64,000 bases of DNA from Chiloscyllium plagiosum (taxonomy: Eukaryota): NCBI RefSeq assembly GCF_004010195.1, contig NC_057711.1:69319850-69383849 (forward strand), in the 5' to 3' direction. Within the stretch, counting starts at the first letter, position 1; every line of letters begins with the position of its first letter. Made by a program: the position numbers and the translations under genes. This document shows positions 35,691 to 49,199 of this stretch, piece by piece. The notes beneath the pieces were generated by a model, which was given only the letters and a program-made list of their open reading frames with translations, was not told the DNA's origin and searched no databases.

Positions 35691-37327
35691 TGTTTAACAC
35701 TAGCTCTAGCTTATAGAAGAGTCACTTTTCCACCTTCTGTTGACCTGTATAATACTTCATGACACAATACTTGGATACCTTTAAACCGACTTGAAATTGG
35801 GTTTGAAGCTCTCCAGGCCTGCAAAATGGTAATATCATGCTATGTCAGTAGATAGTTATTTATATTTAGGACAGGGTAACCCTGCCAAATTCACTTATCT
35901 AAAGGTAATTTATTGATGGATAGTTTTTACTCTCTTTGGATTTCCGTGGTCACAAAAGCATTATGAACAATGTTTCAGTGTCTGTTCAAGCACTGGCAGT
36001 GTTCTGTGATGTGGACCTCAGTATTTAAAACATAATTGAACCAACATCTCTGACAACAGATTCTAGTGTTTGTAGCTCCCAACAGACTTCACCATGCCTT
36101 TCTCTCAGCAGACCAGAAGTTCACAATCTGAACTGTTAACAGTAGTCTTTCTCCTTCTCCAACTGAGAAACTTGCAAATTTAAAGGCAGTTTCTTCCAAT
36201 GCTAGTGATGTGAAGAGAAACTGACCCCACATTATCTTTCCCAACCTTCCTTTGATCAGGTAATGCAACAATGAAGGATTCATCTTAGAGAAGAAATCTG
36301 AAGGCTAAGGCAGACAGTCTCCATCCTCCCAATAACCTTCCCTTGGTTCGGGGTTGGGTACCAGAATTCCATTTTTAATGATTCCCTAACCTCTAAATAA
36401 CCTGAATGCTTGGTTTCAAAAGCTCAGCAGGTCTGGCAGTATCTGTGGAGAGAAATCAGAATTAGCGTTTCAGTCAAGTGACCTTTACTCAGAACCTGAC
36501 CTGAAACATTAACTCTGATTTCTCTCCATAATGCTGCCAAACCTGCTGTGCTTTTCCAGTAATTTCTATTTTGTCTTTGATTTACAGCATCCGCAGTTCT
36601 TTCGGTTTTTATTTGCTTGGATTTAATGTTGCTTTTATCTGAATGCTACTATTACTTGTGATTCAGGCCCCTGAGTGCTAAAACTGTGAGTTTCTGCTTT
36701 CACTTGAAATTTAAATTTACTATGAGGTTAGGAATGCATCCATTAGCAGTGTTAAATAGAGAGAGATGAGCCCAGTCCACAATGATCTTTGTTAGCAAAT
36801 ACGCATGTGTGGAATAAAAACATTGCTGGGAAAATGCAGACTAGCAGCAGCTCAGAACATGAGAAAAGAGTAGGTCATTTGGTCCTTTGAGCCTGCTCTG
36901 TCATTCAGTGAAACATGGCTGATCTGATTGTGATTTCAGTTCAGCTTTCCTGTTCCATTATCCTTGACTTCCTTGTCAGTCAAAAATTTATCCATAGGAT
37001 CTGACATTCTATGCTACTTGCTCCTTCCCATCTCTTCTATCTGTCTAAGAACCATCACTTCCCCACCTCTCTTCTGTGTGCAAAGGAAAGGAAGATTAGA
37101 CTGTGTATGTAACTCTGTTTCTCTTTCCACAGATGCTGCCAGACCTATTGAGTTTGTCCATTATTTGTTTTTATTTTAGAACTCTTTCCTGTGCAGTGTT
37201 TTGCTTTTGTTTTAGTGCTAACCTGTGTGGACTGTGCTGTCAAAATACTCACTATTTGCATGCGAGTTGATTCAATATCTAGAATCATACAGTCATACCA
37301 CAGAAGTAGGGAGGACATTCAGCTATT

Positions 37328-39101
37328 AGAGTCATAGAGATGTACAGCATGGAATCAGGCCCTTCAGTTCTACCTGTCCATGCCAACCAGATATCCCAAC
37401 CCAATCTAGTCCCACCTGCCAGCACCTGGCCCATATCCCTCCAAACCCTTCCTATTCATATACCCATCCAAATGCCTCTTAAATGTTGCAATTGTACCAG
37501 CCTCCACCACATCCTCTGGCAGCTTATTCCAGACACATAACACCCTCTGAATGAAAAAGTTGCCCCTTAGATCTCTTTTATATCTTGCCCCTCTCACTCT
37601 AAANNNNNNNNNNNNNNNNNNNNNNNNNNNNNNNNNNNNNNNNNNNNNNNNNNNNNNNNNNNNNNNNNNNNNNNNNNNNNNNNNNNNNNNNNNNNNNNNN
37701 NNNNNNNNNNNNNNNNNNNNNNNNNNNNNNNNNNNNNNNNNNNNNNNNNNNNNNNNNNNNNNNNNNNNNNNNNNNNNNNNNNNNNNNNNNNNNNNNNNNN
37801 NNNNNNNNNNNNNNNNNNNNNNNNNNNNNNNNNNNNNNNNNNNNNNNNNNNNNNNNNNNNNNNNNNNNNNNNNNNNNNNNNNNNNNNNNNNNNNNNNNNN
37901 NNNNNNNNNNNNNNNNNNNNNNNNNNNNNNNNNNNNNNNNNNNNNNNNNNNNNNNNNNNNNNNNNNNNNNNNNNNNNNNNNNNNNNNNNNNNNNNNNNNN
38001 NNNNNNNNNNNNNNNNNNNNNNNNNNNNNNNNNNNNNNNNNNNNNNNNNNNNNNNNNNNNNNNNNNNNNNNNNNNNNNNNNNNNNNNNNNNNNNNNNNNN
38101 NNNNNNNNNNNNNNNNNNNNNNNNNNNNNNNNNNNNNNNNNNNNNNNNNNNNNNNNNNNNNNNNNNNNNNNNNNNNNNNNNNNNNNNNNNNNNNNNNNNN
38201 NNNNNNNNNNNNNNNNNNNNNNNNNNNNNNNNNNNNNNNNNNNNNNNNNNNNNNNNNNNNNNNNNNNNNNNNNNNNNNNNNNNNNNNNNNNNNNNNNNNN
38301 NNNNNNNNNNNNNNNNNNNNNNNNNNNNNNNNNNNNNNNNNNNNNNNNNNNNNNNNNNNNNNNNNNNNNNNNNNNNNNNNNNNNNNNNNNNNNNNNNNNN
38401 NNNNNNNNNNNNNNNNNNNNNNNNNNNNNNNNNNNNNNNNNNNNNNNNNNNNNNNNNNNNNNNNNNNNNNNNNNNNNNNNNGAGGTCAGGCTCACTGGTC
38501 TATAGTTCCCTGGCTTGTCCTTACCACCCTTCTTAAACAGTGCACCACATTTGCCAACCTCCAGTCTTCCGGTACCTCACCTGTGACTATCGATGATATA
38601 AATATCTCAGCAAGAGGCCGAGCAATCACTTCTCTAGCTTCCCACAGAGTTCTCAGGTAGACCTGATCAGGTCCTGGGGATTTATCCACCTTTACCCGTT
38701 TCAAGACATCCAGCACATCCTCCTCTGTAATCTGGACATTTTGCAAGATGTCACCATCTATTTTCCTACAGTGTATATCTTCCCATATCCTTTTCCACAG
38801 TAAATACTGTTGCAAAATATTCATTTAGTTTCTCCCCCATTTTCTGTGGCTCCACACAAAGGCCGCCTTGCTGATCTTTGAGGGGCCCTATTCTCTCCCT
38901 AGTTACCCTTTTGTCCTTAATATATTTGTAAAAACCCTTTGGATTCTCCTTAATTCTATTTGCCAAAGCTATCTCATGTCCCCGTTTTGCCCTCCTGATT
39001 TCCCTCTTAAGTCTACTCCTACTTTCTTTATACTCTTCTAAGGATTCACTCGATCTATCCTGTCTATACCTGACATATGCTTCCTTCTTTTTCTTAACCA
39101 A
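37328..39101 (-). mobile_element. Young CR1 LINE spanning the assembly gap
   Basis: 3' tail left of the gap; right of the gap IKENPKGFYKYIK and KSPGPDQVY..LWEAREVIA. Confidence 0.88.
37604..38481. other. Assembly gap (878 N)
   Basis: Run of N. Confidence 1.
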
Positions 39102-42100
39102 GAAATAAATATCTTATGAGCATCATTGCTTCCCAGTGTTCTACAATTATTTTCTCCCCCTTTCAGTGTTACTACTGACCTTTCTTTCTTCACCTTCTTT
39201 AGAACCAGGATTACAGACTCAGTAATTCAATGTTTAATAAAAAGGCCTTGCTTTCTGGTTCTTATGCTGGTGCTCTTAAATTTGTACAGTCGGTTATCAT
39301 CTTAATGCCAATAGAATTAATTTCACTCTATCTCCTGCATAATTTTGAGTACCTTTCCTTCATATCTTTCTTTGCTCTAACAAAAACCATCTTCGCTTCC
39401 TAAGTATTAATATTCTACTTTGGCTCTTCACAAAAAATTCACTGGTGTCCTTAGGCCTAGAGCCCAAAATTGGACACCAGTGCTCCAGCTGAGGTTTAGC
39501 CAGTGATTTGTAAAGTTAAAATTTCTTACCTTTGTCCTCTATGCTTTTTTGGATCTTGTTGACTTAAAGCAGTACTTCCCTGGGTTTGTCCCACTGTTAT
39601 CCCATTTTGAAGTTTGAAAATTGTTGCTCAACCAGCCAGAATCAACTTAATTAGACTCCTCTGGGTACTACTAACACAGAGAATCAAGTTAAAATAGGAT
39701 TAACTGCTCAGAAATAATTTTAACAATTCTTTCAATCAACATTAAAGGTAGCTGAGCTAATACAATGTAAACTAAGTGAATTCTCATAACCTACATGAAA
39801 TGCAGAGCCTCCAAGATTATAACAATTTTGAGAGATTGTCAGTTAACAGAACACATTACAAAGATCAGTAGACAAATGAATGCATGAGCTAATGACAGCG
39901 TTTGGTTAATTTAACTGCTTTTACCTTTTACATGTTTTTATCTTTTCATTAGATATGTATCACTATGGAAATTTGTTTCATTTTGCATTTTCTAATTTTT
40001 ATAAGTATACAGTTTTAATTTCATGACTGATCATTATGTGACAGTAATACTCACCTGGAAATTCTGTCTTGTGTTACACCAGCTATTATGTATAGCAGGC
40101 AAATTGAATTACCATGAATATGCCTACATTAAGTAGGGGGAGCTTTTTTTGGTCATTCTTCCTTCCAAGATGCACCACTTGACACTTGTCTGATCCCAGA
40201 AAGGAGCTGTAGTGATTGTAATGAAGTCAACCAGGTAGACCTTACAGAATATGATTTTCCTGATTAGGGCTGTTAATCTGGTCTAATCAGGGAGCCCTGG
40301 TTGACAGATAAAAACAAGAGTGTCTGACATCCTGTGACACTCTGAGAGATGGCTCTGACGAAGCTGGGTCAGTATCAAGGGTTCTCCATATGTAAATAAA
40401 GAGTGGTTTGCTGATGGAATACCAGTTTCTGTGGAGTTATTTCAGTGGCAATGAGAAAAAAGTACTCTCCTGTTGAAATTCGCTCTCAAAAGTCATCTTT
40501 CAGTTGGGTAAAACATTGCTGTTTTCATGCCGTTATTTGGCAAGCTTGACTTGTTTGATCTTGCCGTCGATGACTGGGCTCAGAATGTGGAAAGAATGCA
40601 TTATTTTTTCTGGGCAAATAAGATTGGGGCAGATAAAAGCAACAAGTAATTCTCCTGACAGCTTGTGGACCTGCAGCGTTTTGGTTATTAGAAGCCTGAG
40701 GCACCAGATATTAAAACCTTTCAAGAGTTGACCAATTCAGTTAAGGAATATTACAATCCCAAGTCTCCTTCAGTTCTGAGATGCTATTGGTTTTACTTGG
40801 CAATTCGAGAACTTGGGGAATTTCTATCAGGATTTTTAACAAGGTTAACACGACTGGCAGTCGCATGTGACTTTGATTTAATCCTGAATGAGATGCTGAG
40901 AGATGGTTGTTGGATATTGATGTTTGTGGAATATTGATGTAACCATGCTAAATTGTGTACTATCTGAAGCTCAACCTGTCTTCAACTAGCATTACAACTG
41001 GCTTTATCATTGAAAAATGCATCAAATGGAGCGTATGAATTACAGAATATTCCAATGGAAGTGGACACCTTTGCCAGTCCCACTGAGCTTGGGGAACATG
41101 ACTTGGGTCAAGGCAATTGCAGCATGTCACTTTGGATATATCCTGAAGAGAGGGACCCTAGGTCAGCCCACAGCAAAACCTTAAAACAAAGACAAACGGT
41201 TAAAATTTTCTTCAGCATTCAGGCCAGCAAGCTATTGTAGTTGCTGCCAGTATGTAAACTTGACACAGCAAAAGAGTCCCAGTAGACCTAAATTGGGTAA
41301 GACAACTCATAGGCTGGTAATTCAAGAGTGTGCACAACCTAGAAAGTCCAACTACATCTAGTTTGGAACAACTAAATCGCTTAGTAACATCCAAATCAGA
41401 ACCAAACAAAATAAATGTCTGGGTAAATAGTCACCGGGTTCTAATGGAAGTCGATACCAGTGCAGCCTTTTCAGTGATCGCACAATCAGTGTCTAACAAA
41501 ATTTGCACTGGAGTCCAACCCTTAAGTTTGCACAAGACCTCAGTTAGAGTGACAACCAATATCAGGGAATGTTTACAGATTAAGGGTACAACTTCGGTTC
41601 TGGTCTCTTAAGAGAAGGAGCTGGTTCAGTTACCACTGATTGTAGTAAAAGCCTCAGGCCCAAGCTTGATGGGGTGAAATTGGTTGAGAAAGATTCATGT
41701 AGATTGGCTCAACATTTTTTGATTAGAACATGGATGCTTGAATGAAGTCTTGGTTAAATATCTGGAAGTTTGTCAGGAAGGTCCAGGGACTATCAAAGGG
41801 GTCCAGGGACTATCAAAGGAGTCAAGGCCACCTTGCAATTCCATGATTCTGTAAGACCCGCCCAGAGTCACCTTTGTGGGGATTTTAAACAAATGGTAAA
41901 CCATTTTTTACAACTGGATAAATATCCAATGCCTCACATAGAGAATTTATATGCAAAGCTGGCAGGGGGTGCTGTGCTTCGTGAAGCTGGACATGAACCA
42001 TTTGTACCTGCAATTGCGGTTAGAGGAGGATTCCCAGAAGTATGCTACAGTTAATTCCCATAAAGTTTGTACTAATATATAAGATTGCCATTTGTTGTAA

Positions 42101-42482
42101 CATCTGTCTGTGCAATGTTTCAGCAGATGATTGAAACTATTTTATAAGGTTAACCCTGGTTGTTATTTATCTAGATAATGTGCTAATAACAGAGAAAACC
42201 AATAAAGAGCACTTGGACATAATCCTTAGACATTTCTCCCAGGTGGCCATATGCCTTAGAAACGAAAAATGTGTGTTCTAAGCACCCCAAGTGAACTACT
42301 TGCACTACAGAGTCAACAAGACCAGGTTACAGAGGAAGATAAAGTAAGGCTGATTAAGGTGCCTCAGCTTGCACATCTGTTCTGGAACTTAGGTCTTTCC
42401 TTGGGCTGGTGAATTATTGTGGCAAGTTCATACATAATCTATCCTCCATCCTGACAGCTTTGCATCAACTCTTAAATAAATG

Positions 42483-43275
42483 TCATAGATATGTACAGCA
42501 CAGAAACAGACTCTTTGGTTAACTCGTCCATGCTGACCAGATATCCGAAATTAATCTAGTCCCATTTGTCAGCATTTGACCCATATCCCTTCTTATTCAT
42601 GTGCCCATCCAGATGCCTTTTAAATGTTGTAATTGTACCAGCCTCCACCACTTGCTGTGGCAGCTCATTCCCTCACATGCACCATGCGTGAAAAAGTTGT
42701 TCTTTAGGTCCCTTTTAAATCTTTTCCCTCTCATCCTAAATTTATGCTGTCTAGTTTTAGACTCCTCTACCTTGGGGAAAAGATCTCAACTATTCACCCT
42801 GTCCATGCCCCTCATGATTTTATAAGCTTTTATAAGGTCACCCCTCAGTCTTTGATGCTCCAATGGGGAAAATAGTCCCAATTTATTCAGCCTCTTCCAA
42901 TAGCTCAAACTATACAACCCTGACAGCATCTTTGTAAATCTTTTCTGAATCCTCTCAAGTTTAACAATATCTTTCCTATAGCAGGGAGACTAATATTGAA
43001 CAAAGTATTCCAAAAGTGACCCAACTAATGTCCTGTACAGCTGAAAAATGACCTGCAAAACTCCTAAACTCAATGCACTGACTAATTAAAACTAGCTTTG
43101 TTCATTACATTGCATCAGTTGTATGACATGTTGATCTTTTACTATAAATTCTGTGTCCTGTGATCCTGCCCCATGAGCTACCTGATGAAGGAGCAGCAAT
43201 CTGAAAGCTTGTACTTCCAAATAAACCTGTCAGACTATAACCTGGTGTTGTGTGATTTTAACCCTGACCAATAAA
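42483..43275 (-). mobile_element. CR1 3' fragment nested in Gypsy B, itself carrying a Penelope-derived piece (~43095-43262)
   Basis: CR1 tail catagatatgtacagc at the left end; the Gypsy RT sequence resumes at ~43276. Confidence 0.8.
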
Positions 43276-44314
43276 GTCAGTCTTGGAAATGATCCTGTAG
43301 CCCAGCTATAATTTTAAGGAAAATGAAGAAACAACTATCATCCTCCTAGGTGTTTTCACACTATGATCTCAAGTGAGATCTGTTATTGACATGTGATGAC
43401 CCCCTGTACAGCATCAAGGTGGCTCATAAGTGGCCCAAAGGAGAGGAATGCTCAATAACATTTGTATCCAGGACATTGGCTAATGCAGAGCGTAAATATG
43501 CCCAAATAGAGAAAGAAGGTTTGACAGTCATATTTGGAATCAGGATGTTCCACCAATACCTTTGCCAACATAAATTTGTAATCATAATGGACTACTAACC
43601 CGTGCTAGGTCTTCTTAAGGAGGACAAGGCAGTGGTGCCCATGGCTACAGGCTGAGTTCTGGGGTGGGCTCTAATTCTAAATACTAGTAAGTAGAAGTTA
43701 TAACACCCTTCCCGAGGCCAAGTAGTAAATGTGGATGCACTGAGCTGCCTCACACTGGCAGATAGACCACCATTGGTACTACCACTGGAAAAGTCCATAA
43801 TAATTTTAATATTTCTGGGCACACTTCTAGTCAAGGCGGACAATATCAGACTTTGGATTTGGTTCTGAACAAGCATTTGGACCATATTAAAGCTGCAAAG
43901 TCGCAAACGGTGCAAGAGCAAAACATGCCTGGCTCCCGGACAGCCTTTCCAACTGTTCTGGAACCCTAGGGTTCTCCCTTCCTGTCAAACGTTGAAGATA
44001 CCTCCGAATCTGAGATGGATACGGTGGGTATTGCCGCCCTTGTGACCTGAAGAAGAGAATGAATTTCATCTGAGATGATCCAGGTGCAAGGGGCAGGCTT
44101 CTGTGCGTTACGAGTCACCCATATCAGAGGCAGAGTTGGAGGAACCTAAGCCGGTGCTAAAACGCCCCAGGAGGAGCTACAAAAAAAAACCTGTTTGTGT
44201 CCTCTGACTCCGAGCAGGGACACGGTGATCGTGAAGAGGTCAGCTAGGTGAATCTCATGGAATAACGATTGAGAATTAACAGGTTCTGTACGCCATTAAT
44301 GGACGACTTCAATT

Positions 44315-45561
44315 TAGATTGTTTTACAACCAACCATGGTAAATAATACGGTCTCAACATTTGCTTTAACAAGTTCTGGAACTTGTTTTTTTCTTAAACT
44401 CAGGGGAAATCCCCATGGCTGAGAGACTTTTGATTCCAAGTGGGGTAGTCTTGTGAAATCCTTAGATTGAGGCTGGTCATCTGGTCCAATCAGGGTGATA
44501 AGAACAGGAGTATTTTCAGCTCCATGTGCCTGATATTTGGGCACCTGGTGTGGAGGGGAGTGGGCAGATGAGAGGACCTTCTTGTGAGTCTGCTGCTGTG
44601 CGTGGCAAGGCTGGATATAAATAGGTCCAGGCAGCAGGCCGTGGAGGGGGTCTGCCAACTTCCTGCCCCTCTTATGGGTTAAGTTGGAGCACGGGTGACA
44701 TTGGAGAGAGAATATGCAGTGTCCACCATTGCTCTTGATGCCTTTCAGGAGAGGTGGACACCGCGGGGGATGGAATGCTTTATTTCCCCCTCTGAGGGAG
44801 CTGGATCAAAGATTCTCCGCATGTGAATAAAGGGTGACTTGGTGACGGGATACTGGCTCTGGAGTTATTTCAGGAACATGGCTTAATACATCATATTCTT
44901 ACTGTGGTTTTAACAGAGTGGTTTCTCACTTGGAACATCAGTGTACAATGCTATAGACATTGCTTTAACATTAACATGTAAATTAATTATAATAGAAATG
45001 AAGATAGAATAGAAAGTTCCATCTAATTATAATACATGATGAAAGATTTTTAAATGTCCAGCAAAAGTATGATCACAAATTCCAAAATACATCTTTTATA
45101 AATTACAAAGATCCAAACTATTTTTGTACAGTACCCAAAACAAATTTGGATGAAGTATCCAAAATGCTACTCGTTTAATACTAACATCAGCATGCTTGTG
45201 TCTCCCACCTTGGTAAGTGTAAGTCACTTGCAGTTTAAACTTTTAAACTGGAACTGTAAATAGCTTCTTCCTGTAGTTATGTACTCCACTTTAAATAACC
45301 TCTTCAGAATTTTATCCCAATACTTCTGGTCTGAAGCTAACACAAATGCTTCACTCTAAGGTAATCTAGTTCACTATATATTCTTTCCTTTTCATGAGCA
45401 CTTTTCTTATGGCCATCCTATTCCAAGGATTTCGCAGGATTGCCCACTCAAATTCTCAGCTATGGATGTTTCCTTTGAACTTAAAAAAAATAAGTTCCAG
45501 AATATGTTAAAGCAAATTTGAGTCCCAACTATTTACCATGCTTGGTTGTAAAAACAATCTA
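44315..45561. repeat. Older ~155-bp inverted repeat (~44315-44478 / ~45410-45561)
   Basis: tagattgttttacaaccaaccatggtaaata...tttgctttaaca.gttctggaactt versus aagttccagaatatgttaaagcaaa...tatttaccatgcttggttgtaaaaacaatcta. Confidence 0.85.
44512..44791 (+). mobile_element. Fragment resembling the ORF2 C-terminus of a Tx1-clade (L1 group) LINE, inside the 3' LTR of Gypsy B
   Basis: Translates to FSSMCLIFGHLVWRGVGR*EDLLVSLLLCVARLDINRSRQQAVEG and ARVTLEREYAVSTIALDAFQERW; matches my recollection of Tx1-type ORF2 C-termini. Confidence 0.7.
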
Positions 45562-45771
45562 CAAAATATAAAAGCTCCTTAAAACTCTAGTGAATATAGA
45601 TGCCCAGTCAAACCAATCTCTCCTCATAAGACTGTTCCACCGGCCCCAGTCTGGTGACCTTCATTTTGCTCCCTCTATGGCATGTCTATCCTTTCTTATG
45701 TAGGGAGACCACAACTGCATGTAGACTTCAGACAGCCTCACTAAGGCCCTGTGTAACTGAGTAAGGAAAAC

Positions 45772-46118
45772 AGTAGCACAGTAGCTCAGCGGTTAGCGTT
45801 GCTGCCTCACAGTGCTCGGGACTTGGGTTCGATTCCAGAATTAGGTGACTGTCTCTGTGGAGTTTGCACATTCTCCCCATTTCTGCCTGGGTTTTCTCCA
45901 AGTGCTCCGGTTTCCTCCCACAGTTCAAAGATGTGCAGGTTGGGTGAATTGGCCATGCTAAATTGCCCATTGTCTTCAGGGATGTGTCGGTTAGGTGCAT
46001 TAGGGTTAACGTAAAGCAATAGGGTAGGGGAATGGGACTGGGTGGGATACTGTTTGAAGGGTTGGTGTGGACTTGTTGGGCCTAATAGCCTGTTTCTACA
46101 CGGTAGGGATTCTATGTT
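45772..46118 (+). mobile_element. HE1-type tRNA-derived SINE (older copy)
   Basis: A box tagctcagcgg, B box gggttcgattcc, core tgtggagtttgcacattctcccc, CR1-like tail. Confidence 0.85.
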
Positions 46119-46477
46119 CCATGATTACATTGGTATATCTGAGCTCAAATACTCTTGCAATGAAGGCCAATGCACTGTTCGACTTCCTAAGTGCCTTCTG
46201 CATCTGCCTGTCTACTTTCATTAACTGTTATACAAGTTCACCTAGGTACCTTTGTATACCCACACTTCCCAATATAATAAATTTTCATAATATTGTTCCT
46301 TTCTATTTTTCACAAACTTTATATATCTTCATAACTGCCAGGATGTTACATTGTACAGCATTTGCCATTTTCACAGTGACTGACACGGAGGCCACGGCTC
46401 TTTCTGTTTTCCTTTTCTTATATTCAGAGTTGGTTTTGCACACAACTGAACTTTTGTTCCCCCTTGACCAAATCACC

Positions 46478-46866
46478 CATCGCCAGACCAAGAGCGCCTC
46501 ATCTTCCGCCTAGGAACCCTCCAACCACAAGGGATGAACTCCGATTTCTCCAGTTTCCTCATTTCCCCTCCCCCCACCTTGTCTCAGTCAAATCCCTCGA
46601 ACTCAGCACCGCCTTCCTAACCTGCAATCTTCTTCCTGACCTCTCCGCCCCCACCCCACTCCGGCCTATCACCCTCACCTTGACCTCCTTCCACCTATCA
46701 CATTTCCAACGCCCCTCCCCCAAGTCCCTCCTCCCTACCTTTTATCTTTAGCCTGCTGGGCACACTTTCCTCATTCCTGAAGAAGAGCTTATGCCCGAAA
46801 TGTCAATTCTCCTGTTCCTTGGATGCTGCCTGACCTGCTGCGCTTTTCCAGCAACACATTTTCAGC
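46478..46866 (+). mobile_element. Penelope-like 3' end, same family as 34058-34615
   Basis: Closely matches the reverse complement of 34058-34350; encodes ERLIFRLGTLQPQGMN. Confidence 0.85.
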
Positions 46867-48819
46867 ATAGGTTTTTTTTTACACCTGTTAACCACCAGCA
46901 GTAAATTACCTGAATTTTCAGCTGAATAATTTACATGCAAAGCCCATTAAGTAAAGCAGAGCTCATTTTGACAAACAAACTAGCTGCACCTGGGTATTAA
47001 ATGGTCTAATTTCACTGTAAAGATACATGTTCTCCCCTTCACTGTTTGATCATGCAGCATTGCCCTTTGATGTGAAGGGTACTGCTTGTCACTGGCCACT
47101 TGGGTGTTTCTTTTCTTCCTGGTGGTAGAAATTGAACAAAGATTTATACACCTTGTGTCTTTCACTGTGTCTCACAAAAAAAATACATGTTAGATGAGAT
47201 TTGATGCAGGTATAATTTAAATGGCAGGATTTGTACATATAATTAACTTGCAAGCATTTCTGTAGTCATGACGATTTATTTTAAAAACATTTTTGAGGTC
47301 AGGATTTAGAATTAATGGGTTTTGTACACCATTAATCTGCTTTTATTTATTTCAGATTGTTAGACAATTCCACAGATTCACAACCTTTTGAGAGAAGTCA
47401 TTTCTCTTCATCTCTTTTAAATCTGCTACCCCTTTGCCTAAAACTATGACCTCTCATTCTATATTGCCCTACAAGGGGAAACATTCACTCTGTGTCTACT
47501 TTGTCAGTACCCTTTAGCATTTTATATCTCAATTAAATCTCCTCTCATTCTTTGAATCTATAATGAGTATAGGTCACAACAGTTCAACTCTCCTCATAAA
47601 ACAAGCCTTTCATCCCTAGAATTAACCTTGTGAACCCTTGTATTGTACTCTCAACAGAATCCCTTTCTGCAATACTTTGATATGTTTAAGAAAACTGTAA
47701 CTTAAACTCTTAGACTGGAACCTCGGAGTTTCAAGTCCTCTAATGGGCTTCATCCCAAAATGAAAGTGTAAGGATAATCAGCAATTCCTTATTCTTAAGA
47801 TAATCTAGTTTTGCTATAGTCTCACTTTGTCAAGGCACTGCTCTATATGTGCATCTCCAAGCAAGGACTTCACAGAACAACCCCACAATGTGTAAAACTG
47901 CAACAACGAACTCTCTAAGATAGAATGTTTCCCCAAGCTTAAAAAAACCCAGTCCATAAATTTTTAATAGAAACCTTAAGTTACAATTGTCTGCCTTCCT
48001 GGATCCTAAAATCCTAAAGTAAACAAATCCCATCAGGATGCAAAAGTACTCCCTCAAGCTATTTTTAAGGAAATTAACATGGCAATAGAAATAATTATCA
48101 GTCAACGTGCAGAAAACCCAATTGTTGCTAACTCAAAATTTAAACCCCAAACATTAAATAAATGAAATTTTAAAATATACGGAAATCAGATGGCTTAGAT
48201 CACTAATGGCATAATTCCCTTAACTGAGAAGATATTAAAGATTATAGTGAGAGCCATTGCTTTTTTTGCCATTCTTCCCTCAATAAGTAAATCCTATCTA
48301 GGCCGAATTTCTATTTTGAATGTTTTTGTTTTAAATAACTTCTCTTTATATGAACATGTGAATAATGAATAGGAGTAGGTCTTTTGGCCCTTTGACCTGC
48401 TTTGCCATTTTCTATAATTATGACTGATTTGATTGATTATGGCTTCAACTTCATTTCCCTGCCTAGCTCTGCACACTTGATTGGCAAGGTAGTCAATCTA
48501 ACTCGGACACTGCTTCCACTGCTCTGCAGAAGAGAATTCACAGATTAATAACCTTCAGAGAAAACAAATGACTCCTCATACGCAGTTTAAGTGGGAGACC
48601 ACATTTTTAAAATCGTGCCCTTTAATTTTAGTCTTGACCAGAAAGAGACATATTCCCTCAACATGCACCCTGTCAAGTTCCCTGAGGACTTTTATGTTTC
48701 AAAGGTGCAGCTTCCATTCTTCGAAATTCCAATAATACAGACTCAATGTGTATAAAAATTTCATATAAGATAACCTTATCATTGCAGTAATCGGATATGA
48801 TTAGGAGGAAACAATAGCC

Positions 48820-49066
48820 TATTGCTATTGTTATTGGATTAGTAATACATGGACATAGGTATGTTCTGGGAACCTGGGTTAGAATCCCACCAAAGCGGGT
48901 GGTAGAATTGGAATTCAGTTTAAACCTGGGATTAAAAGCATGATGATGACAATGACGACTATTGCCAGTTATTATGAAAAACCCACTTGATTCCTAAAGT
49001 CCTTCAGGGAAGGCAACTGCCATCTTTACCTGGTCTAGCCTACATGTGGCTCCAGACTCACAGCAA
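48820..49066 (+). mobile_element. Second tRNA-derived SINE family (degenerate); a minus-strand relative at ~60990-62060 is split by a CR1
   Basis: B-box-like gggttagaatccc and core aaaaaccca...tccttcagggaagg...cctacatgtg.ctccagac. Confidence 0.55.
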
Positions 49067-49199
49067 GACTATAAGAAATAGGAACAGGACTATCCCTTCA
49101 AGCCTGCTCTGTCACTCAATAGGCTCATAACTGATCCCCCCCTCCTCATATCCACTTTCCTGCCCTTCCCCCCTAAACTGCATCAATGCAGTACTATGG

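Larger units (their letters stand above)
40208..44872 (+). mobile_element. Decayed Ty3/Gypsy LTR retrotransposon, copy B, with both LTRs
   Basis: 5' LTR 40208-40444 (TGTAG...TTCA), PBS-like GTGGCAATGAG, Gag ATG at 40527, MEVDTSAAFSV, CGDFKQMVN, SRTLANAERKYAQIEKEGL; integrase mostly deleted. 3' LTR ~44221-44872. Flanks GGAGC and GGAAC form a 5-bp TSD with one mismatch. Confidence 0.9.

Noticed and set aside
37551..38660. 369-aa and 298-aa ORFs
   Set aside because: Artefacts of translating through the N gap.
41780..41819. 20-bp tandem duplication in Gypsy B pol, and a 9-bp triplication at 31673-31699 destroying a YIG motif
   Set aside because: Ordinary slippage in dead elements.
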